This document shows positions 9,976-20,479 of a stretch of DNA of 64,000 bases, piece after piece. Location of the stretch: positions 133,890 to 197,889 of the forward strand of contig CAWKBC010000010.1 in assembly GCA_963847705.1 (NCBI GenBank). The letters are read 5' to 3'. The number at the start of each line of letters is the position of its first letter. Positions within the stretch are counted from its first letter, which is position 1. Under the pieces are notes generated by a model. The model ran no database searches. It was given only the letters and a program-made list of their open reading frames with translations, and was not told the origin of the DNA. This DNA is from an uncultured Pseudomonadota bacterium. Its GTDB lineage: Bacteria > Myxococcota_A > Polyangia > Fen-1088. The translations under genes and the position numbers were made by a program.

Positions 9976-11862
9976 ATGGTTGAGCAGGCCGAGCGACGAC
10001 GGTTTCCCATCGGAGCTGAGCTCCAGGCTGGTCAGGCCCATCTGCGCGTCTGGGCGCCGAAGTGTCGCCGCGTGGCGGTGGTGATCGACGGGTCGGCCCG
10101 CCCCGAGATCGCGCTTCCCGCCGAGGGGAACGGATACTTCTCCGGTTCGGCGGCCGGGTTGGGCGGCGGGGGACGGTATCGGTTTCGTCTGGACGACCAG
10201 GAGAAGCTCTATCCCGACCCCGCCTCGCGCTTTCAACCCGAGGGACCGGGCGGACCGTCGGAGGTGATCGAGCCGCGCGCGTTCGTCTGGCGGGACGACG
10301 ACTGGCGCGGCGTCTCGTCGCGCGGTCAGGTCATCTACGAGCTGCACGTGGGGACCTTCACCCCGGAGGGGACCTACGCGGCGGCGGCCGAACGGCTGCA
10401 GTCGCTGGGCGCGCTGGGCGTCACGCTCATCGAGCTGATGCCGCTGGCCGATGCCCCGGGGCGGTTCGGCTGGGGATACGACGGCGTCAATCTGTGGGCG
10501 CCGAACCGTCTCTACGGTCGGCCGGACGACCTCCGCCGCTTCGTGGCCGCCGCGCACGCCCTCGGCATCGGTGTGATTCTGGACGTGGTCTACAACCACA
10601 TCGGACCCAACGAGAACTACCTGGAGTGCTTCTCGTCGGGCTATTTCACCGATCGCTACCAGAACGAGTGGGGCGGCGCGATCAACTTCGACGGGAACAA
10701 CGCCACGCCGTCGCGCGAGTTCTTCATCGAGAACGCCGGCTACTGGATCGACGAGTTTCACCTCGATGGCCTCCGCCTCGACGCCACCCAGGCGATGTTC
10801 GACGCCTCCGATGACCACGTCCTGGCGGCGATCGGCCGCCGCGTGCGCGCGGCAGCCAGAGGACGGGGGACCTACATCGTGTCGGAGAATGAGCCCCAGG
10901 AGACTCGCCTGGTGCGGGCGCCGGAGGGGCCGCCGGATGAGCGCGGCTACGGGCTCGACGCGCTCTGGAACGACGACTTCCACCACACGGCGCTGGTCGC
11001 GCTCACCGGACACAACGAGGCCTACTACACCGACTACCGTGGGACCCCGCAGGAGCTGCTGTCGGCGATCCGGTGGGGGTTTCTCTATCAGGGCCAACAT
11101 TACAAATGGCAGAAGCGGCCACGGGGAACGCCGGCCCTCGATCTGGCCGCGGAGCGTTTCGTGCTCTATCTCGAGAACCACGACCAGGTCGCCAACTCCG
11201 GGCTCGGGGCGCGGCTCTCCATGCTCACCGCGCCGGACCAGCTTCGCGCGATGACGGCGCTCCTGCTGCTGGCGCCAGGGACGCCGATGCTGTTCCAGGG
11301 ACAGGAGTTCGGATCGACGCGTCCGTTCGTCTACTTCGCCGACCACGACGACGAGCTGGCGCGCGCCGTGGCCAAGGGGCGTCGGGAGTTCCTGGCCCAG
11401 TTCCCGTCGCTGGCCGACCCGGAGGTCCAGCGGCGCATCCCCGATCCCGCCGCGCCCGACACCTTCGCGTCGTGCAAGCTCGACTGGAGCGAACGCGAAA
11501 GGCACGCGCATCTCTGGGACCTTCATCGCGATCTTCTGCGCCTGCGGCGCGAGGACCCGGCCTTCGCGGCGCAGGACCTGACCCGTCTCTTGACGGCGGT
11601 GCTCGGCGCCGAGGCGATGCTGCTCCGCTACCGGTGCGCCTCGGGCGATCGGCTGCTGCTGGTCAACCTGGGGACCGACCTCCACCTCGACGTCGCGCCC
11701 GAGCCGCTGCTGGCGCCGCCGCTCGGCGCCCGCTGGCGGACGCTCTGGTCCAGCGAGGAGCCGCGCTACGGCGGTCGAGGGACGGCCCCTCTCGAGGCCG
11801 AGGACGGATTTCACCTCCCGGGGCACGCCGCGGTGGTTCTGACCGCGGAGGTGCGCGCGTGA
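9976..11862 (+). CDS. treZ: malto-oligosyltrehalose trehalohydrolase (GH13)
   Basis: RVWAP, YELHVGTFTPEGT, WGYDGV, DVVYNH, DGLRLDA, WNDDFHH, ENHDQVAN, PMLFQGQEF. Confidence 0.92.
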   Translation: MVEQAERRRFPIGAELQAGQAHLRVWAPKCRRVAVVIDGSARPEIALPAEGNGYFSGSAAGLGGGGRYRFRLDDQEKLYPDPASRFQPEGPGGPSEVIEPRAFVWRDDDWRGVSSRGQVIYELHVGTFTPEGTYAAAAERLQSLGALGVTLIELMPLADAPGRFGWGYDGVNLWAPNRLYGRPDDLRRFVAAAHALGIGVILDVVYNHIGPNENYLECFSSGYFTDRYQNEWGGAINFDGNNATPSREFFIENAGYWIDEFHLDGLRLDATQAMFDASDDHVLAAIGRRVRAAARGRGTYIVSENEPQETRLVRAPEGPPDERGYGLDALWNDDFHHTALVALTGHNEAYYTDYRGTPQELLSAIRWGFLYQGQHYKWQKRPRGTPALDLAAERFVLYLENHDQVANSGLGARLSMLTAPDQLRAMTALLLLAPGTPMLFQGQEFGSTRPFVYFADHDDELARAVAKGRREFLAQFPSLADPEVQRRIPDPAAPDTFASCKLDWSERERHAHLWDLHRDLLRLRREDPAFAAQDLTRLLTAVLGAEAMLLRYRCASGDRLLLVNLGTDLHLDVAPEPLLAPPLGARWRTLWSSEEPRYGGRGTAPLEAEDGFHLPGHAAVVLTAEVRA

Positions 11863-13985
11863 GCGCCGCTGGCGGCTCGGACCGGCAGGGCGTCGCAGCG
11901 CCGCCAATCACGCGGCCGGTGCGGATCGGCTGGCGGCGCGGCGACGCGGCCGAGGCGCTGGTCAGCCGCGAGTGGCTCCTCACCAACGGGCTGGGCGGCT
12001 ATGCCTGCGGCACCGTCGGCGGGGTGCTCACGCGGCGCTACCACAGCCTGCTGGTCGCCGCCCTCCCCGCGCCTGCCGGGCGCACCACCCTCCTCAACCA
12101 GCTGGGCGAGACGCTGCACCTCGCCGACGGCACGGTCATCGCGCTCGGCGGGTTCGAGCCGGGCAACGGACAGCTCTTGCTCCCCGAGGCGCTGGTCGAG
12201 TTCCGGCTCGACAACGGCCGCCCCGTCTGGAGGTTCGAGCAGGCCGGCGTGGCGCTGGAGAAGCGGATCGTGCTGACCCACCACCAGAACACCACCCGGA
12301 TCGTCTACCGGTTGCTCGAGGGGTCGGCACCCGCGAAGCTGGTGCTGGAACCGGCGGTCGATTTTCGCGGTCATGACGACCGCGTGGATCGGGGCGGCGC
12401 CGCCAGCGATTACACCATCGCCGCCGGCCGCAACGGCGTCCAGATCGCGCAGGCGAGCCGGTCCCTGCCCCCGCTGCATCTAACCACGCACACCGTGAAC
12501 GGCCACGTCCCCTTCGTGCCGCGGCCCCGCGACCTCGCCCTGCACTACCGGGTCGAGCAGGCGCGCGGCTACGAGAGCCGCGGCGAGCTGCACGCGCTGG
12601 GCATCTTCGAGCTGAAGCTCTCGCCCGGCCAGGAGGCGGTCTTGACCGCCTCGACCGAGAGCTGGGACGCCATCCATGCCCTCGACGCGACCGAGGCCAC
12701 GCGCCTCGACGACCAGCGCCGCCTGCGCCTGCTGGCCGAGGCCCATCCGCGCCTGCGACAGGGGCTGGGGGCCGAGCTGGTCCTGGCCGCCGACCAGTTC
12801 GTCATCAGCCCCCACGTCCGGCCGCGCGACGAGGCGCGCCTCCGCGCCGAAGGGGACGACGCCCGCACCGTCATCGCCGGATACCACTGGTTCACCGACT
12901 GGGGGCGCGACACCATGATCAGCCTCGAGGGGCTGACCTTGCTGACCGGCCGGGCCACCGAGGGGCGCGACGTGCTGCAGACCTTCGCCCACCACATCCG
13001 CGACGGGCTCATCCCCAACCTCTTTCCGGAGGCGAAGACCGAGGGGCTCTACCACACGGCCGACGCCACCCTCTGGTTCTTCCACGCCCTACACCGCTAC
13101 GAGGAGGCGGCCGGGGAGCGCGAAACCCGCTGGTCGCTCCTCCCTCAGCTGGTGGAGGTGGCCCAGAAGCACTTCGCCGGCACGCGGTTCGGGATCGGCG
13201 TCGACCACAGCGACGGCCTCTTGCGCCAGGGCGCCGAGGGCTACCAGCTCACCTGGATGGACGCCAAGGTGGGCGACTGGGTGGTGACCCCGCGGCGCGG
13301 CAAGGCGGTCGAGATCAACGCGCTCTTCTACAACGCGCTTCGCCTGCTCGCGCAGTGGTTGAAAGAGGAAGAGAGCGGCGCGCAGGGCCCCGCCCGCCAG
13401 CTCGGGTTGCACGCCGCCGACGTCGACGCGCGCGCCGATCGCTTGCAACAGACCTTCAACCGCCGGTTCTGGAACCCCGCCGCCAACTGTCTCTACGACG
13501 TGGTCGACGCACAGGACGGCCCCCACGCCGGCGGCGCCGATCCCAGCATTCGCCCCAATCAATTGCTGGCCATCTCCCTGCCCCACCCGATCCTCGAGCG
13601 CGCCCGCTGGGAGGCGGTGCTGACCGTGGTGCGCGAGCAGCTGGTGACGCCCTTCGGTCTCCGATCGCTGGCGCCCGGGCTCCCCGACTACAAGCCCCGG
13701 TACGACGGCGATCTGCGCGCGCGCGACGCCGCCTACCACCAGGGGACCGTCTGGGGCTGGCTGATCGGCCCGTTCGTCGACGCCTGGCTCAAGACGTTTC
13801 CCGACGATCGCGCCGGCGCCCGCCGCTTTCTGGTCGGCCTCGAGAAGGAGCTCTCGGAGGCCTGCCTGGGAACCATCAGCGAGATCTTCGACGCGGAGCC
13901 CCCCTTCAATCCACGCGGCTGTGTCGCGCAGGCCTGGAGCGTCGCCGAGGCGATGCGCGCCATCGTGGCCAGCGGCCAGGAGTGA
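11859..13985 (+). CDS. glycogen debranching enzyme / amylo-alpha-1,6-glucosidase (GDE_N + GDE_C)
   Basis: EWLLTNGLGGYA, RRYH, IAGYHWFTDWGRDTMI, QLTWMDAK, TPRRGKAVEINAL, RPNQ, YHQGTVWGW, ISEIFD, QAWSVAE; GTG start overlaps the treZ stop. Confidence 0.92.
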   Translation: MSAAGGSDRQGVAAPPITRPVRIGWRRGDAAEALVSREWLLTNGLGGYACGTVGGVLTRRYHSLLVAALPAPAGRTTLLNQLGETLHLADGTVIALGGFEPGNGQLLLPEALVEFRLDNGRPVWRFEQAGVALEKRIVLTHHQNTTRIVYRLLEGSAPAKLVLEPAVDFRGHDDRVDRGGAASDYTIAAGRNGVQIAQASRSLPPLHLTTHTVNGHVPFVPRPRDLALHYRVEQARGYESRGELHALGIFELKLSPGQEAVLTASTESWDAIHALDATEATRLDDQRRLRLLAEAHPRLRQGLGAELVLAADQFVISPHVRPRDEARLRAEGDDARTVIAGYHWFTDWGRDTMISLEGLTLLTGRATEGRDVLQTFAHHIRDGLIPNLFPEAKTEGLYHTADATLWFFHALHRYEEAAGERETRWSLLPQLVEVAQKHFAGTRFGIGVDHSDGLLRQGAEGYQLTWMDAKVGDWVVTPRRGKAVEINALFYNALRLLAQWLKEEESGAQGPARQLGLHAADVDARADRLQQTFNRRFWNPAANCLYDVVDAQDGPHAGGADPSIRPNQLLAISLPHPILERARWEAVLTVVREQLVTPFGLRSLAPGLPDYKPRYDGDLRARDAAYHQGTVWGWLIGPFVDAWLKTFPDDRAGARRFLVGLEKELSEACLGTISEIFDAEPPFNPRGCVAQAWSVAEAMRAIVASGQE

Positions 13986-14004
13986 CCCCAGGAGCCCTTA
14001 ACGA

Positions 14005-14032
14005 TTGACCCTCGTCCCGTCCGAGGTAGGTT
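14005..14032 (+). promoter_or_regulatory. putative sigma70-type promoter
   Basis: TTGACC-16 nt-TAGGTT just upstream of ATG 14049. Confidence 0.35.
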
Positions 14033-14048
14033 GGGGGCGGTTTTCTCA

Positions 14049-16796
14049 ATGGATCGCACGGTTGAGACGACTGCGACGAAGGGGACCCGCCGCTGGTGGT
14101 TCACCACCCTCCTGGTCCTTTCTCTGTTCACGTTCGGAGGGATCTACTCCCTCTTGGCGCTGGGACGCGCTCACGCCTGGGTCGCGCACACGGACGAGGT
14201 GCGCGTGGTCCTCGCGGATCTGCAGTCGACCCTGGTCGACGCCGAAAGCGGGATGGGCGGCTATGCCGTGGGGGGCGAGCCCACCTTCCTGGAGGCGTAC
14301 AATCGCGCGCGCGCGACCTGGGGGGCCCAGTTCGAGCGTCTGAGAGCCCTCACCCGAGACAACCCAGCCCAGCAGGAGCGGCTCGATCAGCTGGGCGCTC
14401 TCCTGGGCGAACGCTTCACCCTTCTGGAAGAGCTGCGCTCTGCGCGCCAAGCAGGGCACCAGGGTTCCGAGCTCACTCCGGCGATGAAAGAAGGCGGTCG
14501 TGCCACCGAGCGGGTCCGAACCCTCGTTCACGCGATGGATCAGGAGGAGAGCCGCCTCGAGGAGGCTCGCCAGCATGACGCTCTCAATCGATGGCGCTGG
14601 ACGATGGTCCTCTTCATCGGCGGCGCCTTCGCGTTCTCGCTCGTCGTTTTCACCATCTCCGGCCGCCGCCGGGAGGCTGAGGCGCGCCGGTTGCGCGCCG
14701 AAGAGCTCTCCCGAACCAGCGAGCTGTTTCGCATCGTCCTGCAGGGCACCGATCTCGGCGTCACCGTCCAGGATCCGAGCGGACGGCTGGTCTACGCCAA
14801 CGACGCGGCTGCGCGGCTGGTGGGATTCGCCGCGCCGAGCGAGCTCTTGGCCGCCCCGCCCGCGGAGCTCATCGCTCGCTTCAACCTCCTCACCTTCGAG
14901 GGCACGCCGGTTTTACCCGACCAGCTCCCGGGCAGAGCGGTGCTCCAGGGCGGCAGCCCCCCGGAGATGCGGCTTCGATTCAAGGTTCTGGGGACCACCG
15001 AGGAGCGCTGGGCGGTGGTGCGGGCCGTCCCCGCCCGCGACCTGACCGGCGAGGTCATCTACGCCATCAATTTTTTCCGTGACGTCAGCGAGGAGATCCG
15101 CGACGCGCACCAGCGCGCCTTCCTGCTCCGCGCCGTCGATGAAATGTCCTCCTCGCTCGACTACGAAAAGACGCTGGCCACGGTGGCGCGTCTGGCCGTC
15201 CCCGTGCTGGCGGACTGGTGCGCCATCGATCTCCTCGACGGTGGCGCGAGGAAGCGGCTCGCGGTGGCGCACGTCGACCCGGCAAAGCTGGACTTCGTGG
15301 CAGCCCTGGAGCAGCGCTATCCACCCGATCCCCATTCGCGGACCGGCGTTCCCCAGATCCTTCGCACCGGCAAAGCCGAGCTCATTCCCCACATTCCGCG
15401 GGAATTGCTCATCGCCGCGGCCGTCGACGAGGAGCACCTCCGGCTCATCGACGAGCTCCAGCTCGGCTCGTACATCGGCGTTCCCCTGAAGGTTCGCGGC
15501 CAGGTCATCGGCGCCCTCACCATGGTCATGGCCGAATCGAACCGGCGCTACTCCCGGAGAGATCTGGAGCTGGCGCAAGCCCTGGCCGACCGCTCCGCGC
15601 TGGCGATCGACAACGCCAGAATGTTTCGCGAGCTCGAGACGGCGCGCATGGTGGCCACGGTGCAGCGCGATCAGAGCGAGGAGCGTTTCAGCCTGATGGT
15701 GGGGAGCGTCAAGGACTACGCGATCTTCATGCTCGATCCCAAAGGCATCGTCACGACCTGGAACGCCGGCGCTCAGCTCATCAAGGGATATCGTCCCGAG
15801 GAGATCATCGGCCGTCACTTCTCCTGCTTCTACAGCAAGGAGGAGGTCCTGGCCGGGAAGTGCGAGCGGGAGCTGGCGATCGCCGACCGGGAAGGTCGCT
15901 TCGAGGAAGAGGGATGGCGGGTACGCAAGGACGGGTCACGCTTCTGGGCCAACGTGGTCCTCACCGCGGTCAGAGACGCCCGCGGCGAGCTGCGCGGGTT
16001 TGCCAAGGTCACCCGCGATCTCACGGAGCGCAGGCGCTCCGAGGGCGAGCTGGCCTTCGAGGCGCGGCGCCGGCTGGAAGCGGAGAATCAGACGCGCTTC
16101 GCCGAAATGTTCATCGGGATCTTGGGGCACGATCTGCGCAACCCCCTCAACGCCATCTCGATCGGCGCCGCGCTCATCAAGCGCAAGGGAATCGCCGATG
16201 CTCGCGTCCTGGAGCGAATTCTGCAAAGCAGCGAGCGTATGTCCAACATGGTCGGCCAGCTCCTCGACTTGACGCGCACCCGGCTGGCCGGGGGGATCCC
16301 CATCGAGAGGAGATCGGCCGGCTTCCGGGCGATCGTGGCGGGCGCCATCGAAGAGCTCCAGCTGGTCTACCGCGATCGAGACATCCAGCTGGAGACCGGC
16401 GAGGAGATCGAGGGCCTGTGGGATACCGATCGTCTGACCCAGGTCGTCTCGAACCTGGTCGGAAACGCGCTGGAGCACGGCGCGCCGGACCGGCCCGTCA
16501 CGGTTCGCCTGTCAACCGACGACGACCTGGTCCGGTTCTCGGTGCACAGCTTCGGCCCGCCGATCCCGCCGGAGGTCCTTCCCCTGATCTTCGACCCCTA
16601 TCGCCGGACCAGCGCGCGCAGCGGCCGGTCGAAGGGGCTCGGCCTCGGCCTCTTCATCACCCAGCAGATCGTCCTGGCCCATGGGGGTCGACTCGATTGC
16701 CGGTCGACGGGCGAGGACGGGACGACCCTGACGGTGGTGTTGCCGCGCGGCGCCGACGGAGAAATTTCGCCAGCGCCGGAGGCCCTGGTATCGTGA
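14049..16796 (+). CDS. membrane sensor histidine kinase (CHASE3-PAS-GAF-PAS-HisKA-HATPase)
   Basis: Two TMs flank CHASE3 (LVDAESGMGGY); GAF LADWCAIDL; PAS DYAIFMLDPKG...WNAGA...EGWRVRKDGSRFWANV; GHDLRNPLN; GLGLGL. Confidence 0.92.
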   Translation: MDRTVETTATKGTRRWWFTTLLVLSLFTFGGIYSLLALGRAHAWVAHTDEVRVVLADLQSTLVDAESGMGGYAVGGEPTFLEAYNRARATWGAQFERLRALTRDNPAQQERLDQLGALLGERFTLLEELRSARQAGHQGSELTPAMKEGGRATERVRTLVHAMDQEESRLEEARQHDALNRWRWTMVLFIGGAFAFSLVVFTISGRRREAEARRLRAEELSRTSELFRIVLQGTDLGVTVQDPSGRLVYANDAAARLVGFAAPSELLAAPPAELIARFNLLTFEGTPVLPDQLPGRAVLQGGSPPEMRLRFKVLGTTEERWAVVRAVPARDLTGEVIYAINFFRDVSEEIRDAHQRAFLLRAVDEMSSSLDYEKTLATVARLAVPVLADWCAIDLLDGGARKRLAVAHVDPAKLDFVAALEQRYPPDPHSRTGVPQILRTGKAELIPHIPRELLIAAAVDEEHLRLIDELQLGSYIGVPLKVRGQVIGALTMVMAESNRRYSRRDLELAQALADRSALAIDNARMFRELETARMVATVQRDQSEERFSLMVGSVKDYAIFMLDPKGIVTTWNAGAQLIKGYRPEEIIGRHFSCFYSKEEVLAGKCERELAIADREGRFEEEGWRVRKDGSRFWANVVLTAVRDARGELRGFAKVTRDLTERRRSEGELAFEARRRLEAENQTRFAEMFIGILGHDLRNPLNAISIGAALIKRKGIADARVLERILQSSERMSNMVGQLLDLTRTRLAGGIPIERRSAGFRAIVAGAIEELQLVYRDRDIQLETGEEIEGLWDTDRLTQVVSNLVGNALEHGAPDRPVTVRLSTDDDLVRFSVHSFGPPIPPEVLPLIFDPYRRTSARSGRSKGLGLGLFITQQIVLAHGGRLDCRSTGEDGTTLTVVLPRGADGEISPAPEALVS

Positions 16797-17155
16797 GGGC
16801 GGTGGCCGCCAAGCCCGAATCCGTGGTGCTCGTCGTCGAGGATGAAGCAGAGTCGCGCGAAACGCTGAGAGAGCTCCTGGAGCTCGAGGGTTACAAGGTT
16901 GAGACGGCGTCCGACGGAAGAGCGGCGCTCGAGCTCCTGGAGACCATCGACCCCTGCATCGTTCTGCTGGATCTGTTCATGCCCGTCATGGACGGCTGGC
17001 AGCTGATCGATCGGCTCCGAACCGACGGGCGCCTGGGAAGGATGAACGTCCTGATCATCACCTCCGCGGGACATCGGGCGCCCTCCGGCCTCCCCGTGCT
17101 GCAGAAGCCCCTCAACATCGACAAGCTGATCAGCACCATCGAAGCCGTCTGCTGA
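16793..17155 (+). CDS. single-domain response regulator
   Basis: VLVVEDE, LLDLFMPVMDG, IITS, QKP; GTG overlaps the kinase stop. Confidence 0.88.
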   Translation: MRAVAAKPESVVLVVEDEAESRETLRELLELEGYKVETASDGRAALELLETIDPCIVLLDLFMPVMDGWQLIDRLRTDGRLGRMNVLIITSAGHRAPSGLPVLQKPLNIDKLISTIEAVC

Positions 17156-17166
17156 GATACGGACGA

Positions 17167-17197
17167 CGAACGCGAGCGCCTGCGGCCCCCGCGTTCG
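17167..17197. terminator. hairpin between convergent genes
   Basis: CGAACGCG...CGCGTTCG inverted repeat; no U-tract. Confidence 0.3.
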
Positions 17198-17209
17198 CCT
17201 CCGCCCCGA

Positions 17210-17410
17210 CTACTTGTCGGTCTCGGTCTTGGTCTCGGTCTTGGTGTCGGTCGAACCGGTACCGTCAGCCTTCTTCTTCGACTTCTTCGTCTTCTTGGTG
17301 GTCTTGGTCGTCGTCGTATCGCCAGCCGGCGCGTCCTCGGCCTTGGCGACGGTCCAGGTGGCGGGAAGGAGAACGGCGAGTCCGAGGAAAACGAGACGTA
17401 CGAGGTTCAT
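17210..17410 (-). CDS. small secreted Lys/Thr-rich protein
   Basis: Signal peptide MNLVRLVFLGLAVLLPATWTVAKA; mature part TTTTKTTKKTKKSKKK...TETK; AAGGAG RBS upstream. Confidence 0.75.
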   Translation of the reverse strand: MNLVRLVFLGLAVLLPATWTVAKAEDAPAGDTTTTKTTKKTKKSKKKADGTGSTDTKTETKTETDK

Positions 17411-17549
17411 GGGCTTTGCTCCTTGATGTTGGATGGTGGTACTGCCCGAAGACCATAGTGTCGATCCTGTAGATGTGAACCCCGGCCAAGGTCGAAAACG
17501 GTCCGCAAAAGGCGGGGAGAAATGATCATCTTCCGATCCGGGGTTTGAA

Positions 17550-17975
17550 ATGGCCAAGCTCACGCACACCAAGATCGTCGCGCTCGACCACATCAGCTGT
17601 GCCGTTCGCGACCTCAAGGCCGCCCGGAAGTTCTACGGCACGGCGCTGGGCGCGATCGGCATGAGGATCAACCTGGACGTCTCCTCGGCGTTCGGCATGG
17701 GCTCGCGCAACGAGAAGGTGTTCTGGTTGACCCGCGATCGGCGCGCTGCCGGCGACGGACACTACGCCTTTCGGGTCGATCACCGCGAAGAGGTCGACGC
17801 CTTCTACGCCGCGGCGATGGGAGCCGGGGGCAAGGACAACGGCAAGCCCGGTCTGCGCCCCGACTACGGGCCCAGCTATTACGCGGCCTTCGTCAAGGAC
17901 AGCGAGGGGAACAACATCGAGGTGGTTTGCTATGCGCGGCCCCGGCGCCGCGCTTCCGCCCGCAAGCGCCGGTGA
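17550..17975 (+). CDS. VOC/glyoxalase family protein
   Basis: LDHISCAVRDL, HYAF, GGKDNGKPGLRPDY, YYAAFVKDSEGNNIEVV. Confidence 0.9.
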   Translation: MAKLTHTKIVALDHISCAVRDLKAARKFYGTALGAIGMRINLDVSSAFGMGSRNEKVFWLTRDRRAAGDGHYAFRVDHREEVDAFYAAAMGAGGKDNGKPGLRPDYGPSYYAAFVKDSEGNNIEVVCYARPRRRASARKRR

Positions 17976-18002
17976 GCAGCGCCGTCCTGGCCTGAACGAG
18001 CG

Positions 18003-18446
<444 letters not shown>

Positions 18447-18500
18447 GGCCGCTAAGGTAAGCACTGATTCCCGGACCGGGCGCCGCACCGAGGCCGAGGC

Positions 18501-20288
18501 TCAAGGGGAGGTCGTCGCGGCCGGAGCCACCAGGTACTTGGCGACGTACTGCGCACGCCCGGTCATGAAGTAGCCGACCTGTTGCTGGTACATCGCCACG
18601 TCGTCGTTGCTGTAGGGCTTCTTGCTGTCCATCGCCACATAGGAAGCGATCTGCGCCGCCACCCGCTGCATCTCGCCTGACCAGTTGAGCTGCGTGGCCG
18701 TCCCCACGATCTCGTTCAGCTGGGCCGAGAAGTCCTGGAAGCACGACGAGGATGAGGCGCAGGCCTGGGCCAGCACCGATTTGACCTGGTTGATGAAATC
18801 GAAGTCGGCCGTCGAGAACGCGTCGTTGATCCCTTCGGGAATGAAGTAGAGCTGATGGGTGGTGGGATCGGCGTAGGTGCCGGCGTTGGCGCCCACCGGC
18901 TCGGGATCGGGCGCGTAAGGCCAGCCGCCCCAGTGGCCGGTCAGCACCATCAGCGCCCAGTAGCGATCGAATTCGTGCAGGTTGACGAACTGGCCGGCCG
19001 CCGCGATCGCCGTGTCCGCGGGCGTCATCTGCAGCGCCGCCGTGGCGCCGTTGATCAGGGTCAGGTCGTTGGTGCCGTCCTGCAGCTCGAAGTCCGAGAT
19101 GTACGCGGGCTGAAAGTCGGCGTAGTTGATGGTGTAGACCGGGCCGCTCGCATCGGGGAAGTAGTAGGCCATCAGCTGCTCCTTGGGCTCCTCGACGGTG
19201 GCGTAGAGGCCGAGCGGCGCGCCGTTCATCGTCACCCACGCGTGATTGCAGCGCGAGGTGGGGACGCTGCCGATCTGCCGCCCGATCCAGTAGGCCAACC
19301 GCTCGTGCAACATCGAGGGGTCGGTCGTCATGTTGTTGAGCAGGAACTCCTTCAGCCCGAAGAACTTGGCGCCCGAGACGAACTTGTTGACGTTCACCCG
19401 AAAGCCCGGCTTGCCGTCGATCGGCTGGAACGAAGAGGTCCCCTTGAGGTTGACGCCCACCGGACCGTAGGAGCGCCCCTCGTAGACCAGCGAAGCCTGG
19501 ACCCAGGTGTCGGGCGCCGCGCGCAGTGACGCAATGTTGTCGTCGGAAATCTCCAGATCGAACTGCGGGATGAGGTCATAGCCGAGCACGCGATCGCTCA
19601 TGTCGCCGGCCGCCGGGACCGCCTCGGGGGGAGCGGCGGCGGCTTGCGGTGGGAACGGTTGCCCGCTGCCGGTGGGGTTGGCCGCTCCGGGTGAGACGTT
19701 CCATTCGCTGATCCAGCTCCCCGAACCATCTGGCTCGCGCGCGGCGGAGATATCGGTCGCCTGGGCCCCGTAGGTCAGACGATCGATGAACGACCCATCG
19801 GGGCGCGCCAACGCCAGGCTCCCACCCATCTGCGACAGGAGCACCCCGAGATGGGTCGGCCCAGCCGAGGCATCTCCGTCGGCCCAGAGGATGAGGTGCC
19901 CGCCCGCCGGCGCCACGACGCCCGCTGGCAGCGTCGCTTTCCCGGGCGCGGTGAAATCGTCGGTGATCCCGTAACCGGCGAGCGCGATGTCTTGCCCGGT
20001 CGGATTGTAGATCTCGATCCAGGGCGAGGCAGCGCCGCGGTCATCCCTCACGGTCAGCACGTTGTCGGGCATGAGCTCGTTGAGGGTCAGCTGCCCGTCG
20101 ATGCTGGGGTCGACGGGCGGTCCGGCGTCGGGAGCCGCGCCAGCCGCGCCCGAATCGACCGCGCCCGTCGCGCCGCCAGGCCCCACCTGCCCGGGAGTCG
20201 CGGCGCCACCGCCACCGCACCCTCCGGCGACGAGCGCCGCCGCAAGCCCAACCATTCCCGCCACCCGGACCAGCTTCCGAGACCCCAT
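18501..20288 (-). CDS. CotH kinase family lipoprotein with lamin-tail domain
   Basis: Lipobox-like VAGGC; LTD LNELMPDN...WIEIYNP; CotH GVNLKGTSS, FFGLKEFLLNN, ERLAY, GLYATVEE. Confidence 0.8.
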   Translation of the reverse strand: MGSRKLVRVAGMVGLAAALVAGGCGGGGAATPGQVGPGGATGAVDSGAAGAAPDAGPPVDPSIDGQLTLNELMPDNVLTVRDDRGAASPWIEIYNPTGQDIALAGYGITDDFTAPGKATLPAGVVAPAGGHLILWADGDASAGPTHLGVLLSQMGGSLALARPDGSFIDRLTYGAQATDISAAREPDGSGSWISEWNVSPGAANPTGSGQPFPPQAAAAPPEAVPAAGDMSDRVLGYDLIPQFDLEISDDNIASLRAAPDTWVQASLVYEGRSYGPVGVNLKGTSSFQPIDGKPGFRVNVNKFVSGAKFFGLKEFLLNNMTTDPSMLHERLAYWIGRQIGSVPTSRCNHAWVTMNGAPLGLYATVEEPKEQLMAYYFPDASGPVYTINYADFQPAYISDFELQDGTNDLTLINGATAALQMTPADTAIAAAGQFVNLHEFDRYWALMVLTGHWGGWPYAPDPEPVGANAGTYADPTTHQLYFIPEGINDAFSTADFDFINQVKSVLAQACASSSSCFQDFSAQLNEIVGTATQLNWSGEMQRVAAQIASYVAMDSKKPYSNDDVAMYQQQVGYFMTGRAQYVAKYLVAPAATTSP

Positions 20289-20479
20289 GCGTTTCACCCC
20301 AAAGCAACTCCGCTGCCAGCGATCGGTGCGGGAAGACCGCAAAAAATTCCGGTTCGGTGCCCGCCGGCCCAGCGCCCGTTACGGCGCCGGAACATTCGGG
20401 CATCGCCCCAGCGTCGCGGTCCGCAAGACGTACGACTTCTCACCTAGGCATCCGCTTTGCTCAGGTCTCACGAAGCGCA

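Noticed and set aside
3526-11907. Very long antisense ORFs (3526..6279, 8332..11907) and similar shadows across the window
   Set aside because: They mirror well-supported genes on the other strand, have no motifs, and are expected from stop-codon scarcity at high GC
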